Of a stretch of 64,000 nt of DNA, positions 49,320 through 59,112 are shown piece after piece. The stretch lies in the NCBI GenBank assembly GCA_963804645.1, contig CAWDRG010000009.1:768001-832000 (forward strand), read 5' to 3'. This DNA comes from an uncultured Bacillota bacterium (lineage in GTDB: Bacteria; Sysuimicrobiota; Sysuimicrobiia; Sysuimicrobiales; Segetimicrobiaceae). The notes under the pieces were generated by a model, which saw nothing but the letters and a program-made list of their open reading frames with translations, had not been told where the DNA came from and did not search any database. The position numbers and the translations under genes are program-made. Every line of letters begins with the position of its first letter. Positions within the stretch are counted from its first letter, which is position 1.

Positions 49320-50370
49320 TCGCGGGCCTTGTTGTTGCAGGTGCTGTACACGGTGCGCAGTGAGCGGCAATTGATGGAGCAACTGGATTACAACTTGCTG
49401 TTTCGCTGGTTCGTCGGGTTGAACATGGACGAGCCGGTCTGGGACCCGACGACGTTCACGAAGAACCGCCAGCGGCTGCTGGACGGCGATATCGCGCAAG
49501 CCTTCTTCACGCGCGTACTGGCCCAAGCGCGGGCACGGGACCTGCTGTCGATGGAGCACTTCACCGTCGACGCGACGCTCATGGAAGCGTGGGCGGGCCT
49601 GAAGAGCTTTCGCCCCAAGGACGACGACCCGACCGACCAGCCGCCGCCGGATGATCCCGGGAACCCGACCGTCAACTTTCACGGCCAACGCCGGAGCAAT
49701 GCCACGCACCACTCGACAACGGATCCCGAGGCGCGCTTGCAGCGCAAGGGCCACAGCCGGGAAGCGAAACTGTCCTATCTGGGCCATGTGCTGATGGAGA
49801 ATCGCCATGGCTTGGTGGTGCGGGCCCAGGCGACCGCGGCGACGGGCACGGCGGAACGGGACACGGCCGAAGAGCTGCTCGAGCAGGTGGCCGGCGAGCG
49901 CCGCGTGACGGTCGGTGCCGACAAAGGCTTCGACACGCCGGAATTCGTCCAAGCCCTGCGCGACTTGAACGTCACCCCGCACATTGCGCAGAATACCAGC
50001 AAGCGGCGCAGTGCCGTGGATCTCCGAACCACCCGGCACCCCGGGTATGAGATCAGCCAACGCATCCGCAAGCGGGTGGAAGAGATCTTTGGCTGGCTGA
50101 AGACCATCGGGCTGATGCGCAAGTTGCACCATCGCGGCACTGATCGAGTGGACTGGATGTTCGTGTTTGCCTGTGCGATCTACAACCTGGTGCGGATCCG
50201 CAACCTCCAGGCGGTACCCACTTGAGGACGCCACACCTCGGGCTGATGCCGAGGGTGTATGGAGCGCGCGGAACTCGCGCCAGCACATCCGAGGAGCTTC
50301 AGTTGGCATGATCACTCCCGAACCGAGCACGATGATTGGCCATAAACGCGTTTTTTCCGCGGCCTGCTAG
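49320..50370 (+). mobile_element. 5'-truncated IS5-family element
   Basis: Transposase remnant plus a right end TTTTTTCCGCGGCCTG followed by CTAG. No left end visible. Confidence 0.8.
49329..50225 (+). pseudogene. IS5-family DDE transposase lacking its N-terminus
   Basis: Begins mid-protein at RALLLQVLY..RSERQLMEQL. TVDAT, ADKGFD and RKRVEEIFGW motifs. In-frame stop just upstream. Confidence 0.88.
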
Positions 50371-50425
50371 GGCGGACGCAGGGCGGTTGCAGGGACACAG
50401 CTGCTGTCCAGCGTCTCTCCGAAAT

Positions 50426-51658
50426 CTACCGTCGCGTCGGCGCTGCCGCGGGCGATCGGTCGCGATCGGCTCGCTGCTCGCGGCGCCGCACGCTCGCCCC
50501 GGACCGTAGCCTCGACTGCTGCCGGGCCGCCGTGAGTCCCGCCTCGGTATCGACCGGGTGCCCCAGGTCGCCGAGGGACCGGCCGAGCGCCTCCAGACCA
50601 GCGAGCAGCCACTCGGGTTTCGTGTAGCCGAGGTGGCCGATCCGGATCAGCTCGAACTTCGGGTGACGGGTCACGCCGCCGCCGATTACGACGTCATATG
50701 CCTCTCGGGCCCGCACCGAGACTGCCTGCGCGTTTGCGCCTTCCGGCATCAGGATGGGCGTCACCGTGTCGACGGCGTAGGCGTCATGGGGCAGCGTCCG
50801 AAGGCCCATGCCCCGCGCGGCGGCCCGGGCCATCCGCCCGAGTCGCCGGTGCCGCTCGAACACCTTGGGCAGCCCCTCGCGGACGATGAGCCCAACCGCG
50901 GCGTGAGCTCCGAACACGATGCTCACCGCGGTCGTGAACGGCGTACCCGGCAGGGTGCCGTGGATCTGCGCGCGGGCCTTGCGGAGGTCGAAGTAGTACT
51001 TCGGAAGGCTCGAACGCTCGGCCGCCTGCCACGCCCGCTCGCTGACGCTCACGAAGGCCAGTCCGGGCGGGCTCATCAGCGCCTTCTGGGACGCCGTGAC
51101 CGCGACGTCCACGCCCCAGCCGTCGGTCTCGATGGGGATCGCGCCGATCGAGCTGACCCCGTCCACCATCAGAAGGGCCGGATGGCCGCCAAGCGCCTCG
51201 CGGACGCCGCGGACGTCGTTCAGGACGCCGGTGCTGGTCTCGCTCTGCGTGACGAGGACCGCGCGGTACTCGTGTCCCGTATCCGCGCGGAGGCGCTCGC
51301 CGACCTCTGCCAGCGGCGTCGGCTGTCCCCACTCGGCCATCACCCGATCGACCCGGACTCCGTACTGCTCGGCGATCGCCGCCCACCGCTCGGCGTAGCT
51401 ACCGTTGTTGACCGACAGCACGCGATCGCCCGCGGATAGGAAGTTCACGATCGCGGCCTCGAGCCCGCCGGTGCCGGTCGCGTTCAGGGGGATGATGTCG
51501 TTCGCCGTGTCAAAAATCGTCTTGAGGCCCTGGAGGAGCTCCCGCACCATCTCGCCGAACGCCGGTCCGCGGTGGTTGACCATCTGGCGGTTCATCGCCC
51601 GCAATACTGCGGGCGGCAGCGGCGTGGGACCGGGAATCAGTAGGGTCGTACGGGTCAT
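50426..51658 (-). CDS. Class V PLP aminotransferase (alanine/serine-glyoxylate type)
   Basis: LLIPGPT, SETSTGV, DGVSS, TASQKALMSPPG, RIGHLG. ATG after GAGGAGGAG. Confidence 0.92.
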   Translation of the reverse strand: MTRTTLLIPGPTPLPPAVLRAMNRQMVNHRGPAFGEMVRELLQGLKTIFDTANDIIPLNATGTGGLEAAIVNFLSAGDRVLSVNNGSYAERWAAIAEQYGVRVDRVMAEWGQPTPLAEVGERLRADTGHEYRAVLVTQSETSTGVLNDVRGVREALGGHPALLMVDGVSSIGAIPIETDGWGVDVAVTASQKALMSPPGLAFVSVSERAWQAAERSSLPKYYFDLRKARAQIHGTLPGTPFTTAVSIVFGAHAAVGLIVREGLPKVFERHRRLGRMARAAARGMGLRTLPHDAYAVDTVTPILMPEGANAQAVSVRAREAYDVVIGGGVTRHPKFELIRIGHLGYTKPEWLLAGLEALGRSLGDLGHPVDTEAGLTAARQQSRLRSGASVRRREQRADRDRSPAAAPTRR

Positions 51659-51943
51659 CGCTCTCCTCCTCGTTGCGTGTCCGGTGACGTCCATTCTCGG
51701 TTGCCGGCACCCGCCCTCCCGTTCTGGTGTTGGCCCGCCACCGTCCGCGGGCGGTCGGCTGTCGGCGAACACCTCGTCGGCGGTTCCCATGCGCCGAAGC
51801 GGTCGGCATTAAGCCATGTGGTTCGGGTGGATGTCCGCGAAGACCTCGCCGGCGCCGCCGGCGATCCACCGCTTGTCACGGCCCCGGAAAACCCGGCGTT
51901 CCCTGTTGCGGCGCCGCTCGATCCATGACAAAGGCTCCCACTG

Positions 51944-52468
51944 CTATCCGGCTCGGTACGAACTTCGCGACGTCGGACTCCAGCAACCTGATATCAGCCT
52001 CCCTTGTCGGAACACTCGCTCGCTCGCCCACCGGTAGATGCTCTTCGGAGACACTTTCAGGATGCATCCGCGACTCGTTTCATGAGACCGGCCGCGCGGG
52101 GGACGGAGGCGGACGTAAACCCCGTCGTTCCGCACCTCCGTCGCGTACACGACGAGCCGCTTTTCCGAGGTGCCGAAGAGCGCCTCGCCGGTCCGGATGT
52201 CGAATTCCCACGCGTGCCACGGGCACCGGATGACGCACGCGTCCAGCCCATAGTCCTTGTCGCCCGGCGCGGACGGCACGATCGTGCCGCCGAAGGGGCC
52301 GAGGGCCACGGGCGCGCCTTGGTGCGGGCACATGTTGCGGATGGCGTAGAGGCCGTGGGCGGTGCGGATCACACCGATCGAGCGGCCGCCAACGTCGCGC
52401 AGCACGACGGCGTCCAGAGGAAAATCCTCAAGCGCCCCGACGCGGATCGCCTCGTCCGGACGCGTCAC
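51944..52468 (-). CDS. Rieske [2Fe-2S] ferredoxin
   Basis: CPHQGA and CPWHAW ligands. The C-terminal tail beyond VYVRL is uncertain. Confidence 0.9.
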   Translation of the reverse strand: MTRPDEAIRVGALEDFPLDAVVLRDVGGRSIGVIRTAHGLYAIRNMCPHQGAPVALGPFGGTIVPSAPGDKDYGLDACVIRCPWHAWEFDIRTGEALFGTSEKRLVVYATEVRNDGVYVRLRPPRGRSHETSRGCILKVSPKSIYRWASERVFRQGRLISGCWSPTSRSSYRAG

Positions 52469-52481
52469 CCGGGCGTCCTTT

Positions 52482-53591
52482 CTAGAAGCGTTCGCCGAAC
52501 GTCTCCAGGGCGTTGCCGGCGTAAATCCGCTGTTTCAACGGCTGCGGCAGCGCCGTGAAGACCTTGAACGGATCGTCGTTGTCCCAGTGCGGGTAGTCGG
52601 TGCTGAACAGCAGCGTCCGCTCCGCCCGCATCGCCTTGAGAAACGGCAGGAACTCCTCCTCATTGTCCGGGCCGTCGACCGGCTGCGTCGTGTACCGGAT
52701 GTGCTCGAAGACGTACTCGCTCGGCGGGCGTTTGACCCAGGGGATCTCGGTCCGCAACTCGCGCCACCGCTTGTCCATCCGCCACAACGTGGAGGGCAGC
52801 CACGTGAATCCCCACTCGATGAAGACGACCCTGAGCTTCGGGTAGCGCTCGAAGACGCCCTCGAAGACCAAGTTCACGGTGTTGGCCATCCCGAGCGCAA
52901 AGTTTGACACGTTGCGCTCCGCATACGTCTGAGGCACGCCGCCCGCGAGGGTCGGGGCGCCCTGGTAGGTGCCCTCGCCCCCGGAAGGGTGGTTGACGAC
53001 CGGCAGATCCGCCTCTTGCGCCGCCTCGTAGACCGGGTTGAACCAGGTGTGGCCCATCATCTGCTGGAGCAGCGGCAAGAAGACGGCGGCCACGCCCTTC
53101 GATCCCGCGTGCTTCCGGATCTCCGCCGCCGCGGAGACGGGATCGTGGGGCGACACGACGAGGGTGTACCGCAGGCGATCGTCGCGCGGCAGCCACTCCT
53201 GCACGAAGTAGTCGTTGAGCGCCGACAGATATGCGGCGGCCAGGCGGGGGTCCGTCCAGGTGTTCACCCATTCAACCGGCACGAGCAGCGCTTCGCTGAT
53301 CTGCCACTTCGCCATGAGATCCTGCTGGAGGAAAGCAAGGTCGCTGCCCGGCTCGCCACCCGACGGCGGCACGGCATCCCACCGATTAATCGCCCCGCTC
53401 GGATTCGGGTAGCGGAAGGGATGTCGCTTTACCTCGCGCTTCAACCGCGCGAAGCTCTCGAACTGAGTCTGCCACGCCTTGGTCATGTAGGGCAGCAGCG
53501 AGCGGACGCCTTCAGCCGGAGTGACGTGCACGTCGCAATCGACGATCCGGAGTGCCTGCTGCTGCGCGGGTGAGCGCGTCTCGACCATCAT
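52482..53591 (-). CDS. Amidohydro_2-fold protein, candidate dimetal monooxygenase
   Basis: VDCDVH, NDY...EW, HPSG, EGVFERYP, IEWG, YTTQP, STDYPHWD. Directly upstream of the Rieske gene. Confidence 0.85.
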   Translation of the reverse strand: MMVETRSPAQQQALRIVDCDVHVTPAEGVRSLLPYMTKAWQTQFESFARLKREVKRHPFRYPNPSGAINRWDAVPPSGGEPGSDLAFLQQDLMAKWQISEALLVPVEWVNTWTDPRLAAAYLSALNDYFVQEWLPRDDRLRYTLVVSPHDPVSAAAEIRKHAGSKGVAAVFLPLLQQMMGHTWFNPVYEAAQEADLPVVNHPSGGEGTYQGAPTLAGGVPQTYAERNVSNFALGMANTVNLVFEGVFERYPKLRVVFIEWGFTWLPSTLWRMDKRWRELRTEIPWVKRPPSEYVFEHIRYTTQPVDGPDNEEEFLPFLKAMRAERTLLFSTDYPHWDNDDPFKVFTALPQPLKQRIYAGNALETFGERF

Positions 53592-53680
53592 CACACCACC
53601 TCGTGCGTCATCCCGCGGGCCGATCGCCGCGAGTATGCTGTCGATCCGTGTTCTCCCCTCGACGGTGCGCCCCCGGCCGC

Positions 53681-54853
53681 CTAGGACAGCGCCGCCGCGA
53701 TCCGCGACGCCGCCTCTTGCATGACCGCGGCCGGCTGCAGCAGTGTCGCCCGCATGTAGCCTTCTCCGGGCCCGAAAGCCGTGCCCGGATAGACGAGCAC
53801 GTTCGCCTGGTCCAGCAGGCGGACACAAAACTCGTACGACGATTCGCCGCGCGACGGGACGCGCGGGTAGAGGTACAGGGCGCCGCGCGACCAGCGGCCG
53901 CCCATCCCCAGCGGCTCGAAGGCGTTCAACAGAATCTGGCGCCGCTCCGCGTAGGTCCGGCGCATCTCCTCGACGCAGTCCTGGGGGCCCTCCAAGGCCG
54001 CCAGCGCCGCCGCCTGTGACACTGCCGGCGCACAGATCGTGAGCGTATGCTTGATCACCTCGATGGGGCCGACGAACTCGCGCGGGACCACCATATAGCC
54101 CACACGCCACCCCGTCATGGCGTAGATCTTGCTGAAGCCGTTGATCATGACCGTCCGGTCTCCGAGTCCCGGCTCGGCCGCGATGCTCGCGTGCGGCGGC
54201 CCTTCGTAAACGTACCGTTCGTAAATGTCGTCGGCGATGACCAGGAGGTTATGCCGGCGCGCGATGTGCCCGAGCGCGGCGATCGTATCGTGTGGGATGA
54301 CGGCTCCGGTCGGATTCTCCGGGCTGACAACGACTATGAGCTTGGTCCGGGGCGAAATGAGCGCCTCGACGTCGCGCGGATCGACCACGAAGCTGTTGGC
54401 CTCCCGGGTCGGCACGAACACCGGTACGCCGCCCGCAAGCAGAATTGCGCGCGAATACGAGATGTAGTGCCGGTCGGCCAGCAGGACCTCGTCGCCCGGA
54501 TCGAGCAGCGCCTGAAACACGACGTACATCGCTTCCTGTGCCCCCGCGGTGACGATCACCTGGCCCGGGCTGACATCGACGCGATAGTCGCGCCTGCACT
54601 TTTCCGCGATCGCTTCCCGGAGGTCCTGCCGGCCCTGCCAGTGCGTGTAATGGGTCGCGCCGCTGTCGAGGGCGCGTTTCGCGGCCTCGACGATGTGGGG
54701 CGGCGTCGGCAGGTCTGGATCGCCGCGACCGAGGGACACCAGGCCCTTGCGGCCCTCCGCCAGCGCGAGCAGCCGCTCGCGATCCCCGACCCCCTCTTTG
54801 GCCGCCCGCTTGGACACGCGCGGGGCCATCGTTTTGTCGGACGGAAGACTCAT
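53681..54853 (-). CDS. Class I/II PLP aminotransferase
   Basis: LGRGDPD, TAGAQEA, SPENPTG, DDIY, GFSKIYAMTGWRVG. Confidence 0.93.
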   Translation of the reverse strand: MSLPSDKTMAPRVSKRAAKEGVGDRERLLALAEGRKGLVSLGRGDPDLPTPPHIVEAAKRALDSGATHYTHWQGRQDLREAIAEKCRRDYRVDVSPGQVIVTAGAQEAMYVVFQALLDPGDEVLLADRHYISYSRAILLAGGVPVFVPTREANSFVVDPRDVEALISPRTKLIVVVSPENPTGAVIPHDTIAALGHIARRHNLLVIADDIYERYVYEGPPHASIAAEPGLGDRTVMINGFSKIYAMTGWRVGYMVVPREFVGPIEVIKHTLTICAPAVSQAAALAALEGPQDCVEEMRRTYAERRQILLNAFEPLGMGGRWSRGALYLYPRVPSRGESSYEFCVRLLDQANVLVYPGTAFGPGEGYMRATLLQPAAVMQEAASRIAAALS

Positions 54854-55014
54854 CCCCGCTCTCCCTCCGGTGCATCGCCCCCCTGGAAACACGAGGCTGC
54901 GACGTCGTGGCGGCCCCGCGCCATCGCCCGCAGGCGTTCGCGGTCTCCAGTACGGTTGTTTGGCGTGCGTGTTGCCGCACCCGCTGCGACCGTCTGCCTC
55001 TCGGACAACGTCAT
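54850..55014 (-). pseudogene. 54-codon ORF resembling the N-terminus of the downstream aminotransferase
   Basis: MTLSERQT...GDRERLRAMARGRHDV versus MSLPSDKT...GDRERLLALAEGRKGL. ATGA overlap with the aminotransferase start. Confidence 0.6.
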
Positions 55015-55062
55015 GCGGTATCCCCCACGGTGTAGTTTGGTCGCGTACGCGGTGCGCGAACG

Positions 55063-56487
55063 CTAGCGACGACGCTCCGACTCGAACATCTGCGCGAATC
55101 GGAACCACACGGCGGCGGCGAACACGATCCCGTTGACGTAGTAGTCCAAATCCAGGTTCTCGTCTGGCGAATGGATCCGGCAGTCGGGATTCGCGAATCC
55201 CGTCAGCACGGGCGGGATCCCCAGCGATTCCGCGAAAACGCCTTCCGCGGTGGGGCCGCGGCGCTCTGCGGCCCATGCCGGCCCGAAGACTTCCATGCCG
55301 GCCTGGCGGATGGCGCGAACGATCATCGCGCTGGGCTCGGTGTGCCACGTCGGGGTCCGCGCCGAGATCACGCGCATCTCAACGTCCACGAACCCGCAGG
55401 AATCGAGGTGCTCGCGAAGCTTCTGCGCTTGACGTGCGGCGTCAAGCCGCGGGGGGCACCGAAAATCAAGCTTAGCGCTCGCGCGACGCGGCACGGCCGT
55501 CATCAGCACTCCCGGCGTCGTCTCCCCCGCCCAGAGGCCGCAGATCGTGCAGGTCGGCTCGACGTAGAACGCGCGGACCAGTTCCTCGCCGGTTCGTCCG
55601 GCGGGGAAGGTGTTTCGCCGCAGCCCGTGCTGCGCCCGAACGGCGTCCACGTCGAGGTCGCGCGCCTTCTCGCGGAAATATTCGCGATCGCCGTCGGTCA
55701 CCGCGGCGAGGTCGTCGCTCCATCCTGGGACGACGACGCGGTCCGACGCGACGTCCTTGATGGTCCGCAGCGCTTCGATCAGGCGCCAGGCGGCGTCGTG
55801 CACGAGCACGGCCCGACTGCTGTGGACATTTTCGCCCGCCGTCTCCACCGATAGTTCGACGTAGAGAATACCACGACCGAACAGATCGACCCGCGGCAGC
55901 CCACTCGAAGCTTCGGTCGATCCGTCGAGGCAGAACAGACCCTCGGCACCGCGAAGCTCGGCCGCGTGACTCAGGACCCAATCCCCGAGATGCGCGGATC
56001 CGAGCTCTTCCTCCCCTTCAATCACGAGCCGTACGTCGACCGGAAGCCCGCCGGCCGCCAGACAGGCCTCCGCCGCAAAGACAAACGCCAGGCATCCGCT
56101 CTTGTTGTCGACCGCACCGCGACCGTAGAGCCGACCATCGTGCACCTCACCGGCCCACGGATCGTAACTCCACGCGGTACGCTCGCCCGCCGGCTTGACG
56201 TCATAGTGGGCGTACCCCACCACCGCAGGCGAGTTCGACGGAACCGGACCGCGCGCAAACAGTGTCGGTCCGGCGCCTGGGATCGGGTCCGCCCGGACGC
56301 GCAGCCCGGCGGTGACTGCGACATGCTCGAGGTACTGCGCGGCCGCGCGACACTGTGCCACATCGGTGGTCACGCTGGGAATGCGCACAAAGTCGCGCAG
56401 CACGTCGACATACCGTTGCCGGGACGCGCGCACATGCTCCCGCACCCTCGTGAATCGGGCCGGCAGCCCCTCGACTCCGTCCGTCAT
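55063..56487 (-). CDS. M20/M25/M40 metallopeptidase/amidohydrolase
   Basis: YAHYDV, GRGAVDNK, EGEEELGS, HSPDEN. Confidence 0.92.
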   Translation of the reverse strand: MTDGVEGLPARFTRVREHVRASRQRYVDVLRDFVRIPSVTTDVAQCRAAAQYLEHVAVTAGLRVRADPIPGAGPTLFARGPVPSNSPAVVGYAHYDVKPAGERTAWSYDPWAGEVHDGRLYGRGAVDNKSGCLAFVFAAEACLAAGGLPVDVRLVIEGEEELGSAHLGDWVLSHAAELRGAEGLFCLDGSTEASSGLPRVDLFGRGILYVELSVETAGENVHSSRAVLVHDAAWRLIEALRTIKDVASDRVVVPGWSDDLAAVTDGDREYFREKARDLDVDAVRAQHGLRRNTFPAGRTGEELVRAFYVEPTCTICGLWAGETTPGVLMTAVPRRASAKLDFRCPPRLDAARQAQKLREHLDSCGFVDVEMRVISARTPTWHTEPSAMIVRAIRQAGMEVFGPAWAAERRGPTAEGVFAESLGIPPVLTGFANPDCRIHSPDENLDLDYYVNGIVFAAAVWFRFAQMFESERRR

Positions 56488-56523
56488 CGCCGCCCTCCTC
56501 GCGCGCACGAACTCGCCGCACGC

Positions 56524-56760
56524 CTAGGTCTTGCCAATCCTCGAGTCGTCCATGTACACCCTGGTCGTATACGTCACGCCGCGCACGTTCGATCGGAACC
56601 GTACGGTACCACCGGTCGGTACAGCGGCACGTACAACCCGGCGTCCGCGATGCGGCTCCCGATGCGGCGAAATCCGCTTCGTGGCATCCGTCTCAACCTC
56701 GGCCTGAACCCGAGCATGGTGACCTCGGCTGCGTCCCGACTCGAGTCGGGACGCCATCGG
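56524..56760 (-). pseudogene. Decayed C-terminal fragment of a family-5 SBP paralog
   Basis: Across frameshifts: WRPDSSRDAAEVT / QAEVETDATKR / YVPLYRPVVPY / FRSNVRGVTY, matching the C-termini of the SBPs ending at 60196 and 62146. Confidence 0.75.
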
Positions 56761-56834
56761 ACGCGCTTCGTCTACGCCCCAGGGCCGGCGGGTTCCGCCT
56801 GGTCGCGGCATGCGCGCCCCCTCTGCGGTCGGCA

Positions 56835-58013
56835 CTACGCGGTCACCGACGCCTTCTGGCGGAAGAACGCGCTCAGGTGATCAACGACATACGCCACATC
56901 GTCCTCTGTCATTTGCGGGTACAGCGGCAACGTCATGATTTCACGAGCCAGGCGTTCCGTCACCGGAAGGGCGCCGGGACGGAGACCCGCCCGATCGCGA
57001 TACGGCGCGTCGAGGTGAATCGGGGTCGGATAGTGCACCTGAGTCTTGATCCCCTGCTGCCCGAGGTACCGGCGAAGCGCTGGGCGGTTCGGCACGCGGA
57101 CCTCGAACCGGACGTACGAATGCTCCGCCCACGCACGCTCCCCAGGAAGCTGGAGCGGGAGGGATCGTTCGGAGATCAGCGTCCGGTACAGCGCGGCCCA
57201 GCGCCGGCGCTGCGCGACCCACGCCGGCAGGCGGCGCAACTGAACCCGCGCGACCGCCGACAGCACTTCAGACTGCCGGTAGTTGAAGCCGACCTCGTCG
57301 TGAGACACGGCGAGGTCCGCGTCCGGTCCTTGGTGATAGTGTTCTCCCCGTCCGTGGTTGGCGAGATTGAACACCCGCCGCACGCGCATCTCGTCGAACG
57401 AGCCGACGGCGCCGCCCTCGCCGCCGCACGTCATCGCCTTGTTCTGCACGAAACTGTAGCACCCCATGTCCCCGAGCGTGCCCACGGATCGCCCCTTATA
57501 GCGGGCGCCGATAGCCTGACATGCGTCCTCGATCACGAACAAGTTGTGGGTCCGCGCCTGATCCAGGATCGGATCGAGATCGACTGGCGATCCCGCGGTA
57601 TGGACGGGCATGATCGCGCGAGTCCGCGGCGTGATCGCGGCCGCGACGGCAGCCGGATCGATATTGTAGGTATCCGGCTCCACGTCGACGAACACCGGCG
57701 TGGCCCCGACGAGCGACACGCAGTGCGCCACGCTGACAAACGTGTTGCTCGGAATGATCACCTCGTCGCCAGCGCCGACGTCGTAGGCGAGCCACGCGAG
57801 GTGCATCGCCGCGGTCCCGTTGGCCAAGTTGGCGATGTGCGGCCGTCTGCCGTCCGGCACGAGGTAGGCGCCGACCTCCTCCTCGAGGGACTTGCCCTCC
57901 GAAGCCTCGTGCGGCGACGTGCGGATGTAGTGCCCTGACTCAAGGACCCGACACGCTGCGTCCTTCATCTCCTGATCGACAAAGGGCCGAAACGCCACGG
58001 TGCGGCTGGCCAT
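56835..58013 (-). CDS. DegT/DnrJ/EryC1/StrS PLP aminotransferase
   Basis: NGTAAMH, GDEVI, IEDACQA, SFVQNK...GGEGG, GFNYR, HYP.PIH. Confidence 0.92.
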   Translation of the reverse strand: MASRTVAFRPFVDQEMKDAACRVLESGHYIRTSPHEASEGKSLEEEVGAYLVPDGRRPHIANLANGTAAMHLAWLAYDVGAGDEVIIPSNTFVSVAHCVSLVGATPVFVDVEPDTYNIDPAAVAAAITPRTRAIMPVHTAGSPVDLDPILDQARTHNLFVIEDACQAIGARYKGRSVGTLGDMGCYSFVQNKAMTCGGEGGAVGSFDEMRVRRVFNLANHGRGEHYHQGPDADLAVSHDEVGFNYRQSEVLSAVARVQLRRLPAWVAQRRRWAALYRTLISERSLPLQLPGERAWAEHSYVRFEVRVPNRPALRRYLGQQGIKTQVHYPTPIHLDAPYRDRAGLRPGALPVTERLAREIMTLPLYPQMTEDDVAYVVDHLSAFFRQKASVTA

Positions 58014-58086
58014 ACCTGCCTCCTCACTCAACCTGGTTCTGACGACGCCCCCCGCTGGAGGGGTTCCTCAGGCGATCTGCCGATCC

Positions 58087-58101
58087 TTCCATAGTTCGGA
58101 A
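58087..58101. promoter_or_regulatory. Possible operator palindrome (IclR-like) upstream of the DegT-like gene
   Basis: TTCCATAGTTCGGAA in an AT-rich intergenic stretch. Confidence 0.35.
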
Positions 58102-58226
58102 TTGCGTTGCAGAATTAATCTGGATTCGTACGGTTTCGATTGTCCATTCCGTAAGACGCTTCGGGTGAGGCTAGGTACGGAGACCTCGGATCCGCACGCG
58201 GGCGCGCCGTCGCGTTCGCCCCCGGC

Positions 58227-59111
58227 TCACATCCTTCGCAGGCGTGGGTCGAGGGCGTCTCGAAGGCTGTCCCCGACCAAGTTCACCGCCAGCACGAACG
58301 TCAGAATCGCGAACCCAGGGAACGTACTGATCCACCACTGGTATAGGTAGTCGCGCCCAGCGGCCACCATCGAGCCCCACTCGGGCACCTCGGGCGGAGC
58401 CCCGAGCCCGAGGAAGCTCAACGAGGCGAAGGTCAGCATCGCCCGCCCGACGTCCAGCGTGCTCAAGATGACGATCGGCGAAATGGTTCCCGGCAGGACG
58501 TGACAGGTCAACACCCGCCAGTCGGAGGCACCGAGGGCACGCGCCGCCTGCACGTACTCGCGGTCGCGCAGCGAGAGGACTAAGCCGCGCATGTAGCGCG
58601 CGTAGGACGGCCACCACGCGATCATGATGGCGATGACCGCATTGCGAATACCCGCGCCCAGCGCCGCCGTGATGACCATGGCGAGGATGATGGTGGGGAA
58701 GGCGAGCATGAGGTCCGTGAAGCGCATCAGCGCCTCATCGACCTCCCTCACGAACCCCGCCGCGCTTCCGATGACTGACCCGATGATCATCGCCAGCACG
58801 ACCGCCACGACCCCAACGGGGATCGACAGCCGTGATCCGTAGATCACGCGGCTGAGAATGTCGCGCCCGAGTTCATCGGTCCCGAACCAATGAGCGGGCG
58901 ACGGCGGCGCGAGTCGTGCCGGAATGTCCTGGGCCAGTGGGGCGTACGGAGCGATATGAGGCGCGGCCGCGGCCACGACCAACCAGACCACAATCACGCC
59001 GAACCCGCAGAGCGTCAGAGGCGCCCGCACGAGACGACGCGGCAGCGACCGCGCGATCAACCGGCGCCGACGCGGGGCGGAGAGCGACGCGGAGTCAACC
59101 CTGGCGTTCAC
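58227..59111 (-). CDS. ABC peptide-type permease (DppC-like)
   Basis: HWFGTDELGRD, YVQAARALG, LSFLGLG, PEWG, GDSLRD. Confidence 0.93.
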   Translation of the reverse strand: MNARVDSASLSAPRRRRLIARSLPRRLVRAPLTLCGFGVIVVWLVVAAAAPHIAPYAPLAQDIPARLAPPSPAHWFGTDELGRDILSRVIYGSRLSIPVGVVAVVLAMIIGSVIGSAAGFVREVDEALMRFTDLMLAFPTIILAMVITAALGAGIRNAVIAIMIAWWPSYARYMRGLVLSLRDREYVQAARALGASDWRVLTCHVLPGTISPIVILSTLDVGRAMLTFASLSFLGLGAPPEVPEWGSMVAAGRDYLYQWWISTFPGFAILTFVLAVNLVGDSLRDALDPRLRRM

Positions 59112-59112
59112 C

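Larger units (their letters stand above)
7414..50370. mobile_element. Mosaic genomic island anchored at tRNA-Thr(CGT)
   Basis: Starts at the tRNA 3' end, visibly lower GC than the flanks, contains tRNA-derived repeats, TA modules and pseudogenes, and ends at an IS5 terminus. No integrase seen. Right boundary is approximate. Confidence 0.65.

Noticed and set aside
51700..51900. Possible gene remnant upstream of the class V aminotransferase
   Set aside because: Short protein-like pieces in mixed frames with no family I can support.
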